From an uncultured Roseburia sp. (GTDB lineage: Bacteria > Bacillota > Clostridia > Lachnospirales > Lachnospiraceae), in contig CAMTDY010000001.1 in the NCBI GenBank assembly GCA_947070915.1, positions 1,407 through 65,406 of the forward strand: a DNA stretch of 64,000 bases, given 5' to 3'. The position numbers and the translations under genes were made by a program. The notes beneath the pieces were generated by a model. That model saw only the letters and a list, made by a program, of their open reading frames with translations. It searched no databases and was not told the origin of the DNA. Of this stretch, positions 46,960 to 56,683 are shown piece after piece; position 1 is the first letter of the stretch, and every line of letters starts with the position of its first letter.

Positions 46960-47490
46960 ATGAATTATGCAGATATAAAGCAGTATGATGTGGCAAACGG
47001 CCTGGGCGTCAGGGTATCAGTCTTTGTCAGCGGTTGTACCCATCACTGCAAAAACTGTTTTAATCCGGAGACCTGGGATTTTACATATGGTAAGCCTTTT
47101 ACCCAGACAGAGATCCAGCAGATCCTGGATTATCTGGAACCTTCCTATGTGTCCGGATTATCTGTTCTGGGAGGGGAACCCTTTGAAAAAACCAACCAGG
47201 AGGGGCTTCTCCCTCTGTTGAAGCAGGTAAAAGAGAGATATCCGGAGAAGGACATCTGGTGCTATTCCGGATATTTATTTGACAGCCAGATCCTGGGACA
47301 GATGTGCCAGGAGTCGGAGACCACCAGGGAGATGCTTTCCTGTATTGATATATTAGTGGATGGACGGTTTGTGGAAGAGAAAAAGAATCTGAAGCTGCGC
47401 TTCCGGGGTTCAGAGAACCAGAGGATCATCGATGTAAAAAGGTCGCTGGAGACTGGCAGGGTGGTGCTCTGGCAGGAAGAAGAGAAGTAG
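46960..47490 (+). CDS. nrdG: Anaerobic ribonucleotide reductase activating protein (radical SAM)
   Basis: GLGVRVSVFVSGCTHHCKNCFNPETW is the CxxxCxxC cluster. It lies immediately downstream of nrdD. Confidence 0.9.
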   Translation: MNYADIKQYDVANGLGVRVSVFVSGCTHHCKNCFNPETWDFTYGKPFTQTEIQQILDYLEPSYVSGLSVLGGEPFEKTNQEGLLPLLKQVKERYPEKDIWCYSGYLFDSQILGQMCQESETTREMLSCIDILVDGRFVEEKKNLKLRFRGSENQRIIDVKRSLETGRVVLWQEEEK

Positions 47491-47514
47491 TAATGATATC
47501 GGATGGAGGATGAG

Positions 47515-47961
47515 ATGGAGCAGATAAAAGTAACCTTTATGAAAATGAATCCCAGGGCACAGGTGCCTGTATATGGTACAGAGTATTCGGCAGGGGCAGA
47601 TCTGTCTGCCTGTATGGAACAGCCAGTAACGGTTCATCCCGGAACGACGGAATTTATCCCTACCGGAATCGCTGTGGCGATCCCCAGGGGACTGGTGGGG
47701 CTGGTCTATGCCAGAAGCGGCCTCGCCTGCAAACAGGGGCTGGCTCCGGCGAATAAAGTCGGCGTGATCGATTCGGATTACCGGGGGGAGATCATGGTGG
47801 CGCTGCACAACCATTCCAGGGAGAGCCTGGTGGTGGAGCCCGGCCAGAGGGTGGCACAGATGGTCATCGCTCCTTATATCTATGCGGAGTATGAGGAGAG
47901 AGACAGCCTGGACGAGACAGACCGGGGCAGCGGCGGATTTGGTTCGACAGGAAGCAGATGA
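47515..47961 (+). CDS. dut: dUTP diphosphatase
   Basis: Shows YGTEYSAGADL, GVIDSDYRGE and C-terminal RGSGGFGSTG. ATG at 47515 follows GGAGGA. Confidence 0.9.
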   Translation: MEQIKVTFMKMNPRAQVPVYGTEYSAGADLSACMEQPVTVHPGTTEFIPTGIAVAIPRGLVGLVYARSGLACKQGLAPANKVGVIDSDYRGEIMVALHNHSRESLVVEPGQRVAQMVIAPYIYAEYEERDSLDETDRGSGGFGSTGSR

Positions 47962-48034
47962 ATGTAAAAACTTTACAGGAATACCGTTCCATGGTATAAT
48001 GTGTGTTGGAGAAAACAGTAGAAAAGATAGAGGT

Positions 48035-50140
48035 GTGACATTGAAAAAAGCTAAAAATAAGATTTCCCTGACACTGGATGAGACAACGATGCCTGTGATC
48101 GAACAGCTGGCCGACGGGATGCCAGGCGGTTTCTTTATATATCGTGCGGAAGGAGAGGAGGAACTCCTTTATTTTAATGCGGCAATGCTGCGTATTTTTG
48201 GCTGTGGGACCAGGGAAGAATTTATAGAACTGACGGGCAGTTCTTTCAGGGGGATGGTGCATCCGGATGATATCGATGAGGTTGAAAACAGCATAAAAGA
48301 TCAAGTTGAGAAAAGTATTTATGATCTGGATTATGTGGAATACCGGATCATCCGCAGGGATGGATCCATCCGGTGGGTGGAGGATTACGGCCACTTTTTA
48401 TATACCGAAAAATACGGAAATATTTTTTATGTTTTTATTGAGGATGCGACAGAACGGCTCAGAGACCGTATCCAGGAATTAGAAACCATTAATACAGAGC
48501 TAAAGCGCCTTCACGCCAGAGAAATCCAGTATAAAAAGGCGTTGTTAAAGGATGCCGTTTCTTTTTGTGAGATCAATCTAACAAGGGATGAGTTTTTGAC
48601 TGTATCCACTCAGATCCAAGGCGAAGAAGAGTACGATCTGACAAAAAGGACAGAGAATCATCCCATCAGGAAATATTCTGAATATATAAAACAATGGGAA
48701 AAAAATATAAGCGATGACCGGTTGGAAACCTACCGAATATTTTTTCAGGCAGAACGATTAAAACGCTGCTATGAAGAGGGAAAACTGGAACAGTCCTATG
48801 AATGCCAGATTATAGATGCAAAAGGAAGGGCACGGCTGTGGCAATTTGTGTTGCTGCTGGGGAAAAATATAAATTCTGATGATATTATTGGTTTGGTTAT
48901 CATTAAGGACATCACGGAACAGCTGGCAAAACAAAATCTTTTGCTGGCCGCGCTCCAGCAGGCGCAGATGGCGAAGATTGCAAGAAATACATTTTTATCG
49001 AACATGTCCCACGACATCCGTACCCCATTGAATGCGATCATAGGATACACCGACCTGGCAAGAGACCACAAAGATGAAGTAGGCAAAGTGGAAAACTATA
49101 TGGACAAAATACAGGTGTCCAGTGAACAGTTGTTAGCGATTCTGAATGAATCGCTGGAGGTTACGCGAATCGAGTCAGGAAAGGTGAGCCTGATCGAGCG
49201 GAAATGTCATCTGGCGGATCTTCTGGAGGATGTAGAGAGTACGTTTCGTATTGGAATTCAGGAAAAGGGCATTAGTTTTTACATGGAAAAGGATGATGTC
49301 CGGCATTTTTCAGTGGTGGTAGATTACATAAGACTCAAGGAGATTTTATGCCAGCTGGTGGACAATGCCATGAAATATACAGAACCGGGAGGCATGATAT
49401 GTCTCACCATGAAAGAATCTGACATTGCCGTGAACGGATATGCCAAGTTTCAGTTTATGGTCAAGGATGATGGGATCGGCATATCGGAAGAATTTCAGAC
49501 AAGTCTGTTTGAGCCATTTAAAAGAGAGAATAATACGACAGCAAGCGGGGTTTCCGGTACCGGACTTGGTCTTACCGTGGTAAAAGGCCTGGTTGATATC
49601 ATGGGAGGAGAAATCTCTGTTAAGAGTGAACCGGGAAAAGGCTGCTGTTTTACCGTAAGCATGCTGATGAAACTGCAGAAAAAGCAGCAGGGAGAACATT
49701 TGGAAAACAGCGGAAATAACGACATTGACCAGGTATCTATGAAGGGAAAACGGATCCTGGTAGTAGAAGACAACGAGATCAACCGGGAGATTGTGGAAGA
49801 AGTCTTGAAAAGCGAGGGTTTTTTGGTGGAGACCGCACAAAATGGAGAAGAGGCATTGGAAAAAATTAAGGAATCAAAGCCCGGATATTATTCGTTGGTT
49901 TTGATGGATATTCAAATGCCGGTGATGGATGGTTATGAGGCAACAAAGGCCATCAGAAATCTAGAAGACAAAAGGCTGGCAGGTGTTCCCATTGTTGCGT
50001 TGTCGGCAAATGCCTTTGCAGAAGATTATCAGCATTCTCTGGATGTGGGGATGGATGCCCACGTTCCCAAACCGATTGACCGAATAAAACTGAGGGAGCT
50101 TTTGCAGCATCTGATCGGAAAGGATTCCCATGAATTATAA
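48035..50140 (+). CDS. Cytoplasmic hybrid sensor histidine kinase/response regulator (PAS-PAS-HisKA-HATPase-REC)
   Basis: H-box FLSNMSHDIRTPLNAIIGY, N/G boxes in HATPase_c (GTGLGLTVVKG) and REC ILVVEDNEINREI...LMDIQMPVMDGYEA. No TM segment. The start is uncertain (GTG 48035 or TTG 48041), because TGGTATAAT at 47992-48000 argues against the earlier ATGs. Confidence 0.8.
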   Translation: MTLKKAKNKISLTLDETTMPVIEQLADGMPGGFFIYRAEGEEELLYFNAAMLRIFGCGTREEFIELTGSSFRGMVHPDDIDEVENSIKDQVEKSIYDLDYVEYRIIRRDGSIRWVEDYGHFLYTEKYGNIFYVFIEDATERLRDRIQELETINTELKRLHAREIQYKKALLKDAVSFCEINLTRDEFLTVSTQIQGEEEYDLTKRTENHPIRKYSEYIKQWEKNISDDRLETYRIFFQAERLKRCYEEGKLEQSYECQIIDAKGRARLWQFVLLLGKNINSDDIIGLVIIKDITEQLAKQNLLLAALQQAQMAKIARNTFLSNMSHDIRTPLNAIIGYTDLARDHKDEVGKVENYMDKIQVSSEQLLAILNESLEVTRIESGKVSLIERKCHLADLLEDVESTFRIGIQEKGISFYMEKDDVRHFSVVVDYIRLKEILCQLVDNAMKYTEPGGMICLTMKESDIAVNGYAKFQFMVKDDGIGISEEFQTSLFEPFKRENNTTASGVSGTGLGLTVVKGLVDIMGGEISVKSEPGKGCCFTVSMLMKLQKKQQGEHLENSGNNDIDQVSMKGKRILVVEDNEINREIVEEVLKSEGFLVETAQNGEEALEKIKESKPGYYSLVLMDIQMPVMDGYEATKAIRNLEDKRLAGVPIVALSANAFAEDYQHSLDVGMDAHVPKPIDRIKLRELLQHLIGKDSHEL

Positions 50141-52166
50141 TGATAGTGTCCGCAAGATTAAAGGAGTAGGGGAAAAGGCGGAAAATTATTTACATAAACT
50201 GGACATCTTCCAGGTGGGAGATCTGTTGGAACATTACCCCAGAAATTATGATGAGTTTAAAGAACCTGTACCCATTTCTGAGCTACAGGAGGGAAAGGTT
50301 ATGGCGGTAGAGGGTGTGCTCCGCAGAAAACCTTCGGTAAAGAACACGTCCAATCTGAAGATCATCACTGCCTTTCTGGAAGATGCGACAGGTGTAGTGC
50401 AGATTACCTGGTTTAATATGCCTTTTCTGATGAACCAACTCCGACTGGGAACGAGATATATCATGAGGGGAAAGACCGGCCGTCACAACGGAAAGCTGGT
50501 TCTGGAACAACCTAAGTTATATAGTAAAAATGAGTTTTATAAAAAAGTGGGAAAGATGCTCCCCATCTATCCCCTTACGGCGGGGCTGACAAATCATCAG
50601 ATGACGAAAGCAGTTCAGGCCGCCCTGTCGGAGTGCGAGGGGATTCTGGAGTTCCTGCCCCTGGAGATCCGGAAGCGTGGTGATCTCGTGGGATACAAAA
50701 AGGCGGTGCAGGATATACATTTTCCCAAAAACCGGGTAGATTTTATAAAGGCGAGAAAACGTCTTGTATTTGATGAATTATTCTTATATCAGGCGGCTCT
50801 TCGGGCGATTCGTCTGCAGAATGACCAGGAGAGCTGCCATGTTATGGTTCAGAAAAAAGAGGTGGAAGAATTTTTAGAGAGCCTGCCCTTTACGCTGACC
50901 GGCGCCCAGAGAAAGGTTTATGATGAGATCCTGGCGGATCTTTGCGGCGGGCGTGTTATGAACCGGCTGGTACAGGGGGATGTGGGATCCGGAAAAACGG
51001 TGGTAGCGGTCCTCGCCCTCTATCTGACAGTCTGTAATGGCTGCCAGGGAGCATTTATGGTCCCCACAGAAGTTCTTGCCCGCCAGCATTATGCCTCCCT
51101 TCAGGACATGCTCGGTGTGCTGGGCGTCAGGGTGGGACTGCTTACCGGCTCCCTGACAGCGAAGCAGAAGCGGGAAGGAAAAGAAAAGCTGGCTGCGGGG
51201 GAATGGGATATCGTGGTGGGAACCCACGCGATCCTGCAGGACAATGTGGAATTTCAGGATCTGGCTCTTGTCATTACCGACGAACAGCACCGTTTTGGGG
51301 TGAGACAGCGGGAGGTGCTCTCAGAGAAGGGGAACGTTCCCCACATACTTGCCATGAGTGCGACGCCGATCCCAAGAACCCTCGCGCTGGTGTTATATGG
51401 GGATATGGACCTTTCGGTGATGGATGAGCTGCCGGCAAACCGTCTTCCCATCAAGAACTGCGTGGTGGGGACGGATTACCGGCCGAATGCCTATCGGTTT
51501 ATGAAAGAACAGATCGGTATGGGCCATCAGGTCTATATCATCTGTCCGATGGTGGAAGAAAATGAAGATGTGGAATTGGAAAGCGTGGCGCTCTATACGG
51601 AACAGTTGCGGCAGATTTTCAGCGGAACCGCTGTGGTAGACAGTCTGCATGGCAAGATGAAGCCGGCACAGAAGAATGAGGTAATGGAGCGCTTTGGGGC
51701 AGGAGAAACCGATATCCTGGTGTCAACTACTGTCATTGAGGTGGGCATCGACGTGCCCAACGCCACGGTGATCATGATCGAGAACGCAGAGCGGTTCGGT
51801 CTCGCCGGCCTTCATCAGCTGAGAGGGCGGGTGGGCCGTGGAGATGCCCAGTCCTACTGCATTCTCATGTATGGAAATGATACAAAGGAGGGAAAAGAGA
51901 GACTCTCGGTCCTTGCCTCCTCCAATGACGGATTTTATATCGCCAGGGAGGATCTGAGGCTCCGCGGCCAGGGAGACTTCTTCGGGGTGCTGCAGAGCGG
52001 GGACAAGCTGTTTAAACTGGCAGATATTTATGAGGATGCAAAATTGCTGCAGGCCGCCAGTGAAGAGGCACAACGCTATGATTTTCACGAGATCAGCAGT
52101 TTTTATGCCAAGAACCGGCATCTCTCGGAAAAGCTGGAACACTATATGGGAAAAGTATCACTATAG
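50130..52166 (+). CDS. recG: ATP-dependent DNA helicase RecG
   Basis: Wedge domain followed by helicase motifs GDVGSGKT, DEQHRFG and QLRGRVGRG. The start overlaps the kinase stop by 11 nt. Confidence 0.9.
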   Translation: MNYNDSVRKIKGVGEKAENYLHKLDIFQVGDLLEHYPRNYDEFKEPVPISELQEGKVMAVEGVLRRKPSVKNTSNLKIITAFLEDATGVVQITWFNMPFLMNQLRLGTRYIMRGKTGRHNGKLVLEQPKLYSKNEFYKKVGKMLPIYPLTAGLTNHQMTKAVQAALSECEGILEFLPLEIRKRGDLVGYKKAVQDIHFPKNRVDFIKARKRLVFDELFLYQAALRAIRLQNDQESCHVMVQKKEVEEFLESLPFTLTGAQRKVYDEILADLCGGRVMNRLVQGDVGSGKTVVAVLALYLTVCNGCQGAFMVPTEVLARQHYASLQDMLGVLGVRVGLLTGSLTAKQKREGKEKLAAGEWDIVVGTHAILQDNVEFQDLALVITDEQHRFGVRQREVLSEKGNVPHILAMSATPIPRTLALVLYGDMDLSVMDELPANRLPIKNCVVGTDYRPNAYRFMKEQIGMGHQVYIICPMVEENEDVELESVALYTEQLRQIFSGTAVVDSLHGKMKPAQKNEVMERFGAGETDILVSTTVIEVGIDVPNATVIMIENAERFGLAGLHQLRGRVGRGDAQSYCILMYGNDTKEGKERLSVLASSNDGFYIAREDLRLRGQGDFFGVLQSGDKLFKLADIYEDAKLLQAASEEAQRYDFHEISSFYAKNRHLSEKLEHYMGKVSL

Positions 52167-52228
52167 TCCGGCGGAACCACCCGTCCGGCCTGCCCAGAGG
52201 CGTGTGTCCATACAACATTATTTTTTTC

Positions 52229-52257
52229 TTGACAATCTTTAAAAAATAGGCTATACT
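52229..52257 (+). promoter_or_regulatory. Near-consensus sigma-A promoter of the ylxM-ffh operon (TTGACA-17-TATACT)
   Basis: TTGACA at 52229-52234, exactly 17 nt of spacer, then TATACT at 52252-52257. Confidence 0.65.
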
Positions 52258-52302
52258 CTGTAAAGTAATTTGCTTTACAGCAGTGAAAGCGGGGTTGTAC
52301 AG

Positions 52303-52662
52303 ATGACGCAGAAAAATTCTCTGACAGATATAAATGAGATTGTCAGATTATCGTATTTGTATGATTTCTATGGACCGCTGTTAAAAGACAGACATCGTGA
52401 GATTTTTGAACAATATATACTGAATGATCTTTCTCTCAGTGAGATTGCACAAAAATATGATATCACCAGACAGGGAGTTTACGATATCGTAAAACGGGGA
52501 AGCCGGAAGCTGGAAGAGTATGAAGATAAATTACAGCTGTTCCAGAAGTTCCAGATGGCAAAAGAACGGCTGGGGAAGATCGAGGATCTGATCAGGAAAG
52601 ACCGGGAGCTTGAGAAAGAAGAACTGCTGGCACTGGCCCATGAGATCTATGATATCCTGTAA
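52303..52662 (+). CDS. ylxM: YlxM/p13 family DNA-binding protein (UPF0122)
   Basis: Shows LYDFYGPLLKDRHREIFEQYILNDLSLSEIAQKYDITRQGVYD (sigma-r4-like HTH), in the conserved position directly upstream of ffh. Confidence 0.85.
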   Translation: MTQKNSLTDINEIVRLSYLYDFYGPLLKDRHREIFEQYILNDLSLSEIAQKYDITRQGVYDIVKRGSRKLEEYEDKLQLFQKFQMAKERLGKIEDLIRKDRELEKEELLALAHEIYDIL

Positions 52663-52674
52663 GGAGGTGGCATC

Positions 52675-54024
52675 GTGGCATTTGACAGCCTGAGCGAAAA
52701 ACTACAAAATGTTTTTAAGGGGCTCCGGAGCAAGGGCAGACTGACGGAAGCGGATGTGAAAACAGCCCTAAAAGAAGTTAAGATGGCACTTCTGGAAGCG
52801 GATGTTAATTTTAAGGTGGTAAAAAACTTTGTGAAATCCGTTCAGGAGAGAGCTACCGGCGAGGATGTACTGAACAGCCTGACACCGGGGCAGACAGTGA
52901 TCAAATATGTAAATGAAGAACTGGTGAAAATGATGGGAGAGACCACCGCCGAGATCTCCCTTCTGCCGGGAGATGAGATCACAGTGGTTATGATGTGCGG
53001 CCTTCAGGGTGCCGGTAAGACCACTACCGTGGCGAAACTGGCGGCGAAATTCAAAGAAAAGGGCAGGCGTCCCCTGCTTGTGGCCTGTGATATATACCGT
53101 CCTGCGGCGATTGAACAGCTGCAGACCAATGGAGAAAAAGTCGGGGTTCCGGTATTTTCTATGGGGACCAGCCACAATCCGGTGGACATTGCCAAAGCGG
53201 CGGTGGAACATGCCAGGAACAACAAAAATAATATGGTATTTCTCGATACTGCAGGGCGCCTTCATATTGACGAGGAGCTGATGCAGGAGCTGAAAAATAT
53301 AAAAGCGGAAGTCGATGTGCATCAGACGATTCTGACAGTGGATTCCATGACTGGGCAGGATGCGGTGAATGTGGCCTCCACCTTTGATGAAGCGCTGGAT
53401 ATCAATGGCGTCATATTGACGAAGCTGGACAGTGATACGAGAGGCGGTGCGGCGCTTTCGATCCGTGCCATTACCGGAAAGCCGATCTATTATGTCGGTA
53501 TGGGGGAAAAACTCTCGGATCTTGAGCAGTTTTATCCGGATCGTATGGCCTCCCGTATTCTTGGTATGGGAGACGTCATGACCCTTATCGAAAAAGCCGA
53601 GGCGCAGATCGATCAGGACAAGGCAGCAGAGCTCACGAAAAAATTTAAAAATAATGAATTTGATTTTAATGATTTTCTGGACCAGATGCAGCAGATGAAG
53701 AAAATGGGAGGGCTTTCCAGTATTCTGAGCATGCTTCCCGGGATGGGACTTCCCTCTGATCTGGAGATCGATGATGACGCTTTGAAGGGAACGGAGGCGA
53801 TCATTTACTCCATGACGATAGAGGAGAGAACAAAGCCTTCGATCATCAATCCCTCCCGCAAGCGCAGGATCGCGGCAGGAGCCGGAGTGGATATCAGCGA
53901 GGTAAACCGGTTGATCAAGCAGTTTGAGCAGAGCCGGAAGATGATGAAGCAGATGTCGGGAATGATGTCTGGCAAAAAGATGAAGCGCGGAGGGAAATTC
54001 AAATTCCCCTTTGGCGGATTTTAA
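52675..54024 (+). CDS. ffh: Signal recognition particle protein Ffh
   Basis: NG domain motifs GLQGAGKTT, DTAGR and TKLD, plus a Met-rich M domain. GTG start follows AGGAGG. Confidence 0.95.
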   Translation: MAFDSLSEKLQNVFKGLRSKGRLTEADVKTALKEVKMALLEADVNFKVVKNFVKSVQERATGEDVLNSLTPGQTVIKYVNEELVKMMGETTAEISLLPGDEITVVMMCGLQGAGKTTTVAKLAAKFKEKGRRPLLVACDIYRPAAIEQLQTNGEKVGVPVFSMGTSHNPVDIAKAAVEHARNNKNNMVFLDTAGRLHIDEELMQELKNIKAEVDVHQTILTVDSMTGQDAVNVASTFDEALDINGVILTKLDSDTRGGAALSIRAITGKPIYYVGMGEKLSDLEQFYPDRMASRILGMGDVMTLIEKAEAQIDQDKAAELTKKFKNNEFDFNDFLDQMQQMKKMGGLSSILSMLPGMGLPSDLEIDDDALKGTEAIIYSMTIEERTKPSIINPSRKRRIAAGAGVDISEVNRLIKQFEQSRKMMKQMSGMMSGKKMKRGGKFKFPFGGF

Positions 54025-54087
54025 TTTGGATTCAAATAGTTTTTACTTTTTGAATAGATGAAGAGAGGATCAAAGGAGGTGAAAGAC

Positions 54088-54333
54088 GTGGCAGTAAAGA
54101 TCAGACTGAAGAGATTAGGGCAGAAAAAAGCACCATTTTATAGAATTGTTGTAGCTGACGAGAGATCTCCTAGAGATGGCAGAAATATCGACGAGATTGG
54201 TACTTATGACCCAAATCAGGAGCCTGCAGCTGTCAAGATTGACGAAGAGGCAGCGAAAAAATGGATTGCAAACGGTGCAAAGCCTACGGATGTAGTAGCT
54301 CGTTTGTTTAAACAGGCAGGTATTGCAAAATAA
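54088..54333 (+). CDS. rpsP: 30S ribosomal protein S16
   Basis: [27 protein letters not shown] at 54088 follows AAGGAGG. Confidence 0.95.
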   Translation: MAVKIRLKRLGQKKAPFYRIVVADERSPRDGRNIDEIGTYDPNQEPAAVKIDEEAAKKWIANGAKPTDVVARLFKQAGIAK

Positions 54334-54362
54334 TGCGTCCTGAATCCAAGGAGGTTGGCAGT

Positions 54363-54590
54363 ATGAAAGAATTGGTTGAAGTCATTGCTAGTGCATTAGT
54401 AGACAAACCTGACGAAGTTGTCGTAACTGAGACAGAAAACGAAAAAGAAATTATCCTGAGTTTGAAGGTTGCTCCTGATGATATGGGAAAAGTGATCGGA
54501 AAACAGGGAAAAACTGCGAAAGCGATCCGCACCGTGGTGCGTGCTTCCGCATCGAAGAGCGACAAGAAAATACTGGTCGAGATTCAATAA
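54363..54590 (+). CDS. KH domain RNA-binding protein (YlqC/UPF0109)
   Basis: 75 aa. The GKVIGKQGKTAKAIRTV GxxG KH motif is present, in the conserved position between rpsP and rimM. Confidence 0.9.
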   Translation: MKELVEVIASALVDKPDEVVVTETENEKEIILSLKVAPDDMGKVIGKQGKTAKAIRTVVRASASKSDKKILVEIQ

Positions 54591-54660
54591 CCATTTGTGC
54601 CTGTGCCGCAGTTTGAGCTGCCACAGGCACTGTTATGTTATAGTGGAAGAGAGGAAAAGC

Positions 54661-55173
54661 ATGGAAGAATTACTGAGAATCGGCGTAATTACAACGACAC
54701 ACGGTATCCGCGGAGAGGTAAAAGTATTTCCTACTACAGATGATCCCAGACGCTTTGACCAATGCAAAGAGGTGGTCCTTGTCACGAAAAAAGAGCAGAT
54801 TCCTCTTCATGTGGAAAAGGTAAAATATTTTAAAAACCTGGTGATCTTGAAATTCAAGGAGTACAACGACATCAACCAGGTGGAGCAGTTCCGCAAATGC
54901 GATATCATGGTGACCAGGGAAAATGCAGTGCCCCTGGAAGAGGGAGAATATTTTATCTGCGATATCATCGGGGCAGAGGTAGTGGAGGAAGACGGCACAA
55001 CGCTGGGAACCGTCAAGGATGTGATGGATACCGGCGCGAACCAGGTATTTGTGATCGCATCCCCGGAAGGCAGGGAGCTTTTATTTCCGTCTATACCGGA
55101 TTGTATAAAAAAAGTAGACACAGAAAATAAACAGGTGGTGGCACATGTGATGCCTGGCCTGATGGATTTATAG
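54661..55173 (+). CDS. rimM: Ribosome maturation factor RimM
   Basis: LRIGVITTTHGIRGEVKVFPTTDDPRRF plus a PRC barrel. ATG at 54661. Confidence 0.9.
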   Translation: MEELLRIGVITTTHGIRGEVKVFPTTDDPRRFDQCKEVVLVTKKEQIPLHVEKVKYFKNLVILKFKEYNDINQVEQFRKCDIMVTRENAVPLEEGEYFICDIIGAEVVEEDGTTLGTVKDVMDTGANQVFVIASPEGRELLFPSIPDCIKKVDTENKQVVAHVMPGLMDL

Positions 55174-55222
55174 GCTGTTGTAATGCGTAAATGCCGGAAC
55201 AGTTCCGGCGGTGGAGGGACGG

Positions 55223-55924
55223 ATGAATTATTATATTATGACGTTATTTCCGGAGATGTTTCCGGGGATCATGGATGCCAGCATTCTCGGCAGAGGGGGA
55301 GAAAAGGGGCTGATCCGCTGGGAGACATTTAATATACGGGACTATACCCTGGACAAGCACAGCAAGGTGGACGACTACCCCTATGGCGGGGGCGCCGGCA
55401 TGGTGATGCAGGCAGAGCCGGTGTACCGCTGTTACCAGGCAGTATGCGGCAGAATCGGCAGAAAGCCGAAACGGGTGGTCTATCTGACCCCCCAGGGGAA
55501 AGTGTTTGACCAGTCTGTGGCGGAAGAGCTTGCCGGGGAGGAGGAGCTGGTGTTCCTCTGCGGTCATTATGAGGGCATCGATGAGAGGGTTTTAGAGGAG
55601 ATCGTGACGGATCCAATTTCCTTGGGAGACTATGTTCTCACCGGGGGAGAGCTGCCGGCGATGGTGATGATGGATACCATCTCCCGCCTGGTGCCGGGGG
55701 TTCTGGGAAATGGAGATTCCGCAGATACGGAGAGTTTTTCTGACGGTCTGTTAGAGTATCCACAGTACACGAGGCCGGCGGAGATCCTGGGGAGAAAAGT
55801 GCCGGAGGTGCTTCTGTCCGGCCATCACGAAAAGATCGAGGCATGGAGACGGGAGAAGTCATTGGAGCGCACCAGGCAGTTCCGGCCGGATCTGTACCGG
55901 CGGTGGAAAGAAAAACAGGAATAA
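55223..55924 (+). CDS. trmD: tRNA (guanine37-N1)-methyltransferase
   Basis: IMTLFPEMFPG, DDYPYGGGAGMVM and GHYEGIDERV. Confidence 0.95.
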   Translation: MNYYIMTLFPEMFPGIMDASILGRGGEKGLIRWETFNIRDYTLDKHSKVDDYPYGGGAGMVMQAEPVYRCYQAVCGRIGRKPKRVVYLTPQGKVFDQSVAEELAGEEELVFLCGHYEGIDERVLEEIVTDPISLGDYVLTGGELPAMVMMDTISRLVPGVLGNGDSADTESFSDGLLEYPQYTRPAEILGRKVPEVLLSGHHEKIEAWRREKSLERTRQFRPDLYRRWKEKQE

Positions 55925-56010
55925 AACCTGCATATGTTCGGCTATTATGAAAAGATAGGGACATGGAGGTGGGAAGGCGCTGGAAAGAAAAACAGGAATA
56001 AAACTTGCAT
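55904..56010 (+). repeat. 30-bp direct duplication of the trmD 3' end (29/30 identical), copies 77 bp apart
   Basis: TGGAAAGAAAAACAGGAATAAAAC[C/T]TGCAT occurs at 55904-55933, which includes the trmD stop, and again at 55981-56010. Confidence 0.9.
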
Positions 56011-56081
56011 TTTTTGTAAGACCGTGGTAGAATAAATAGATAAAAGATGGCATACTATACCATCACGACAGGAGGAAATAC

Positions 56082-56669
56082 GTGGAACGAGTGGCAGAAT
56101 GCAGGCGCTGTACAAAGGAGACAGAGATCAGCGTAAAATTAAACCTGGATGGCACAGGAAAATTCAGCATTGACACAGGGGTCGGTTTTTTTGACCATAT
56201 GCTGGAAGGGTTTGCAAAACATGGGTTCTTTGATCTGGAGATCCGGGTAAAGGGAGATGTACATGTGGACGCCCACCATACCGTTGAAGATACGGGAATT
56301 GTGCTGGGACAGGCTTTTGCCAGTGCCCTGGGTGACAAAGAGGGGATCAGCCGCTTCGGTTATTTTATTCTTCCGATGGATGACGCGCTGGTTCTGGCGG
56401 CGCTGGATATATCAGGACGTACATATTTTGCTTTTGAAGCGGAACTTCCGGCAGAGAAGTTAGGAACGATGGAGACGGAGACCGTGCGGGAATTTTTTAT
56501 GGGGTTTGCGTCGGGACTGGGGATGAATCTTCATATCCGCCAGCTCGCCGGGCTCAACACACATCATATTGTTGAGGCGATGTTTAAGGCAGTCGCCAAG
56601 GCGATGGATCTGGCGGTAAAAAAGGATGAGAGAATTGAGGGAGTCCTTTCCACAAAAGGCACCTTATAG
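56082..56669 (+). CDS. hisB: Imidazoleglycerol-phosphate dehydratase
   Basis: [23 protein letters not shown] and [14 protein letters not shown] start. Confidence 0.9.
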   Translation: MERVAECRRCTKETEISVKLNLDGTGKFSIDTGVGFFDHMLEGFAKHGFFDLEIRVKGDVHVDAHHTVEDTGIVLGQAFASALGDKEGISRFGYFILPMDDALVLAALDISGRTYFAFEAELPAEKLGTMETETVREFFMGFASGLGMNLHIRQLAGLNTHHIVEAMFKAVAKAMDLAVKKDERIEGVLSTKGTL

Positions 56670-56683
56670 GGAGGAAATACATT

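Noticed and set aside
54591-54660. Hairpin GTGCCTGTG/CACAGGCAC between the KH-protein gene and rimM as an operon terminator
   Set aside because: No U-tract follows it, and it sits inside a universally co-transcribed ribosomal operon. It is more likely an RNA processing or stability element, and the evidence is too weak to list.
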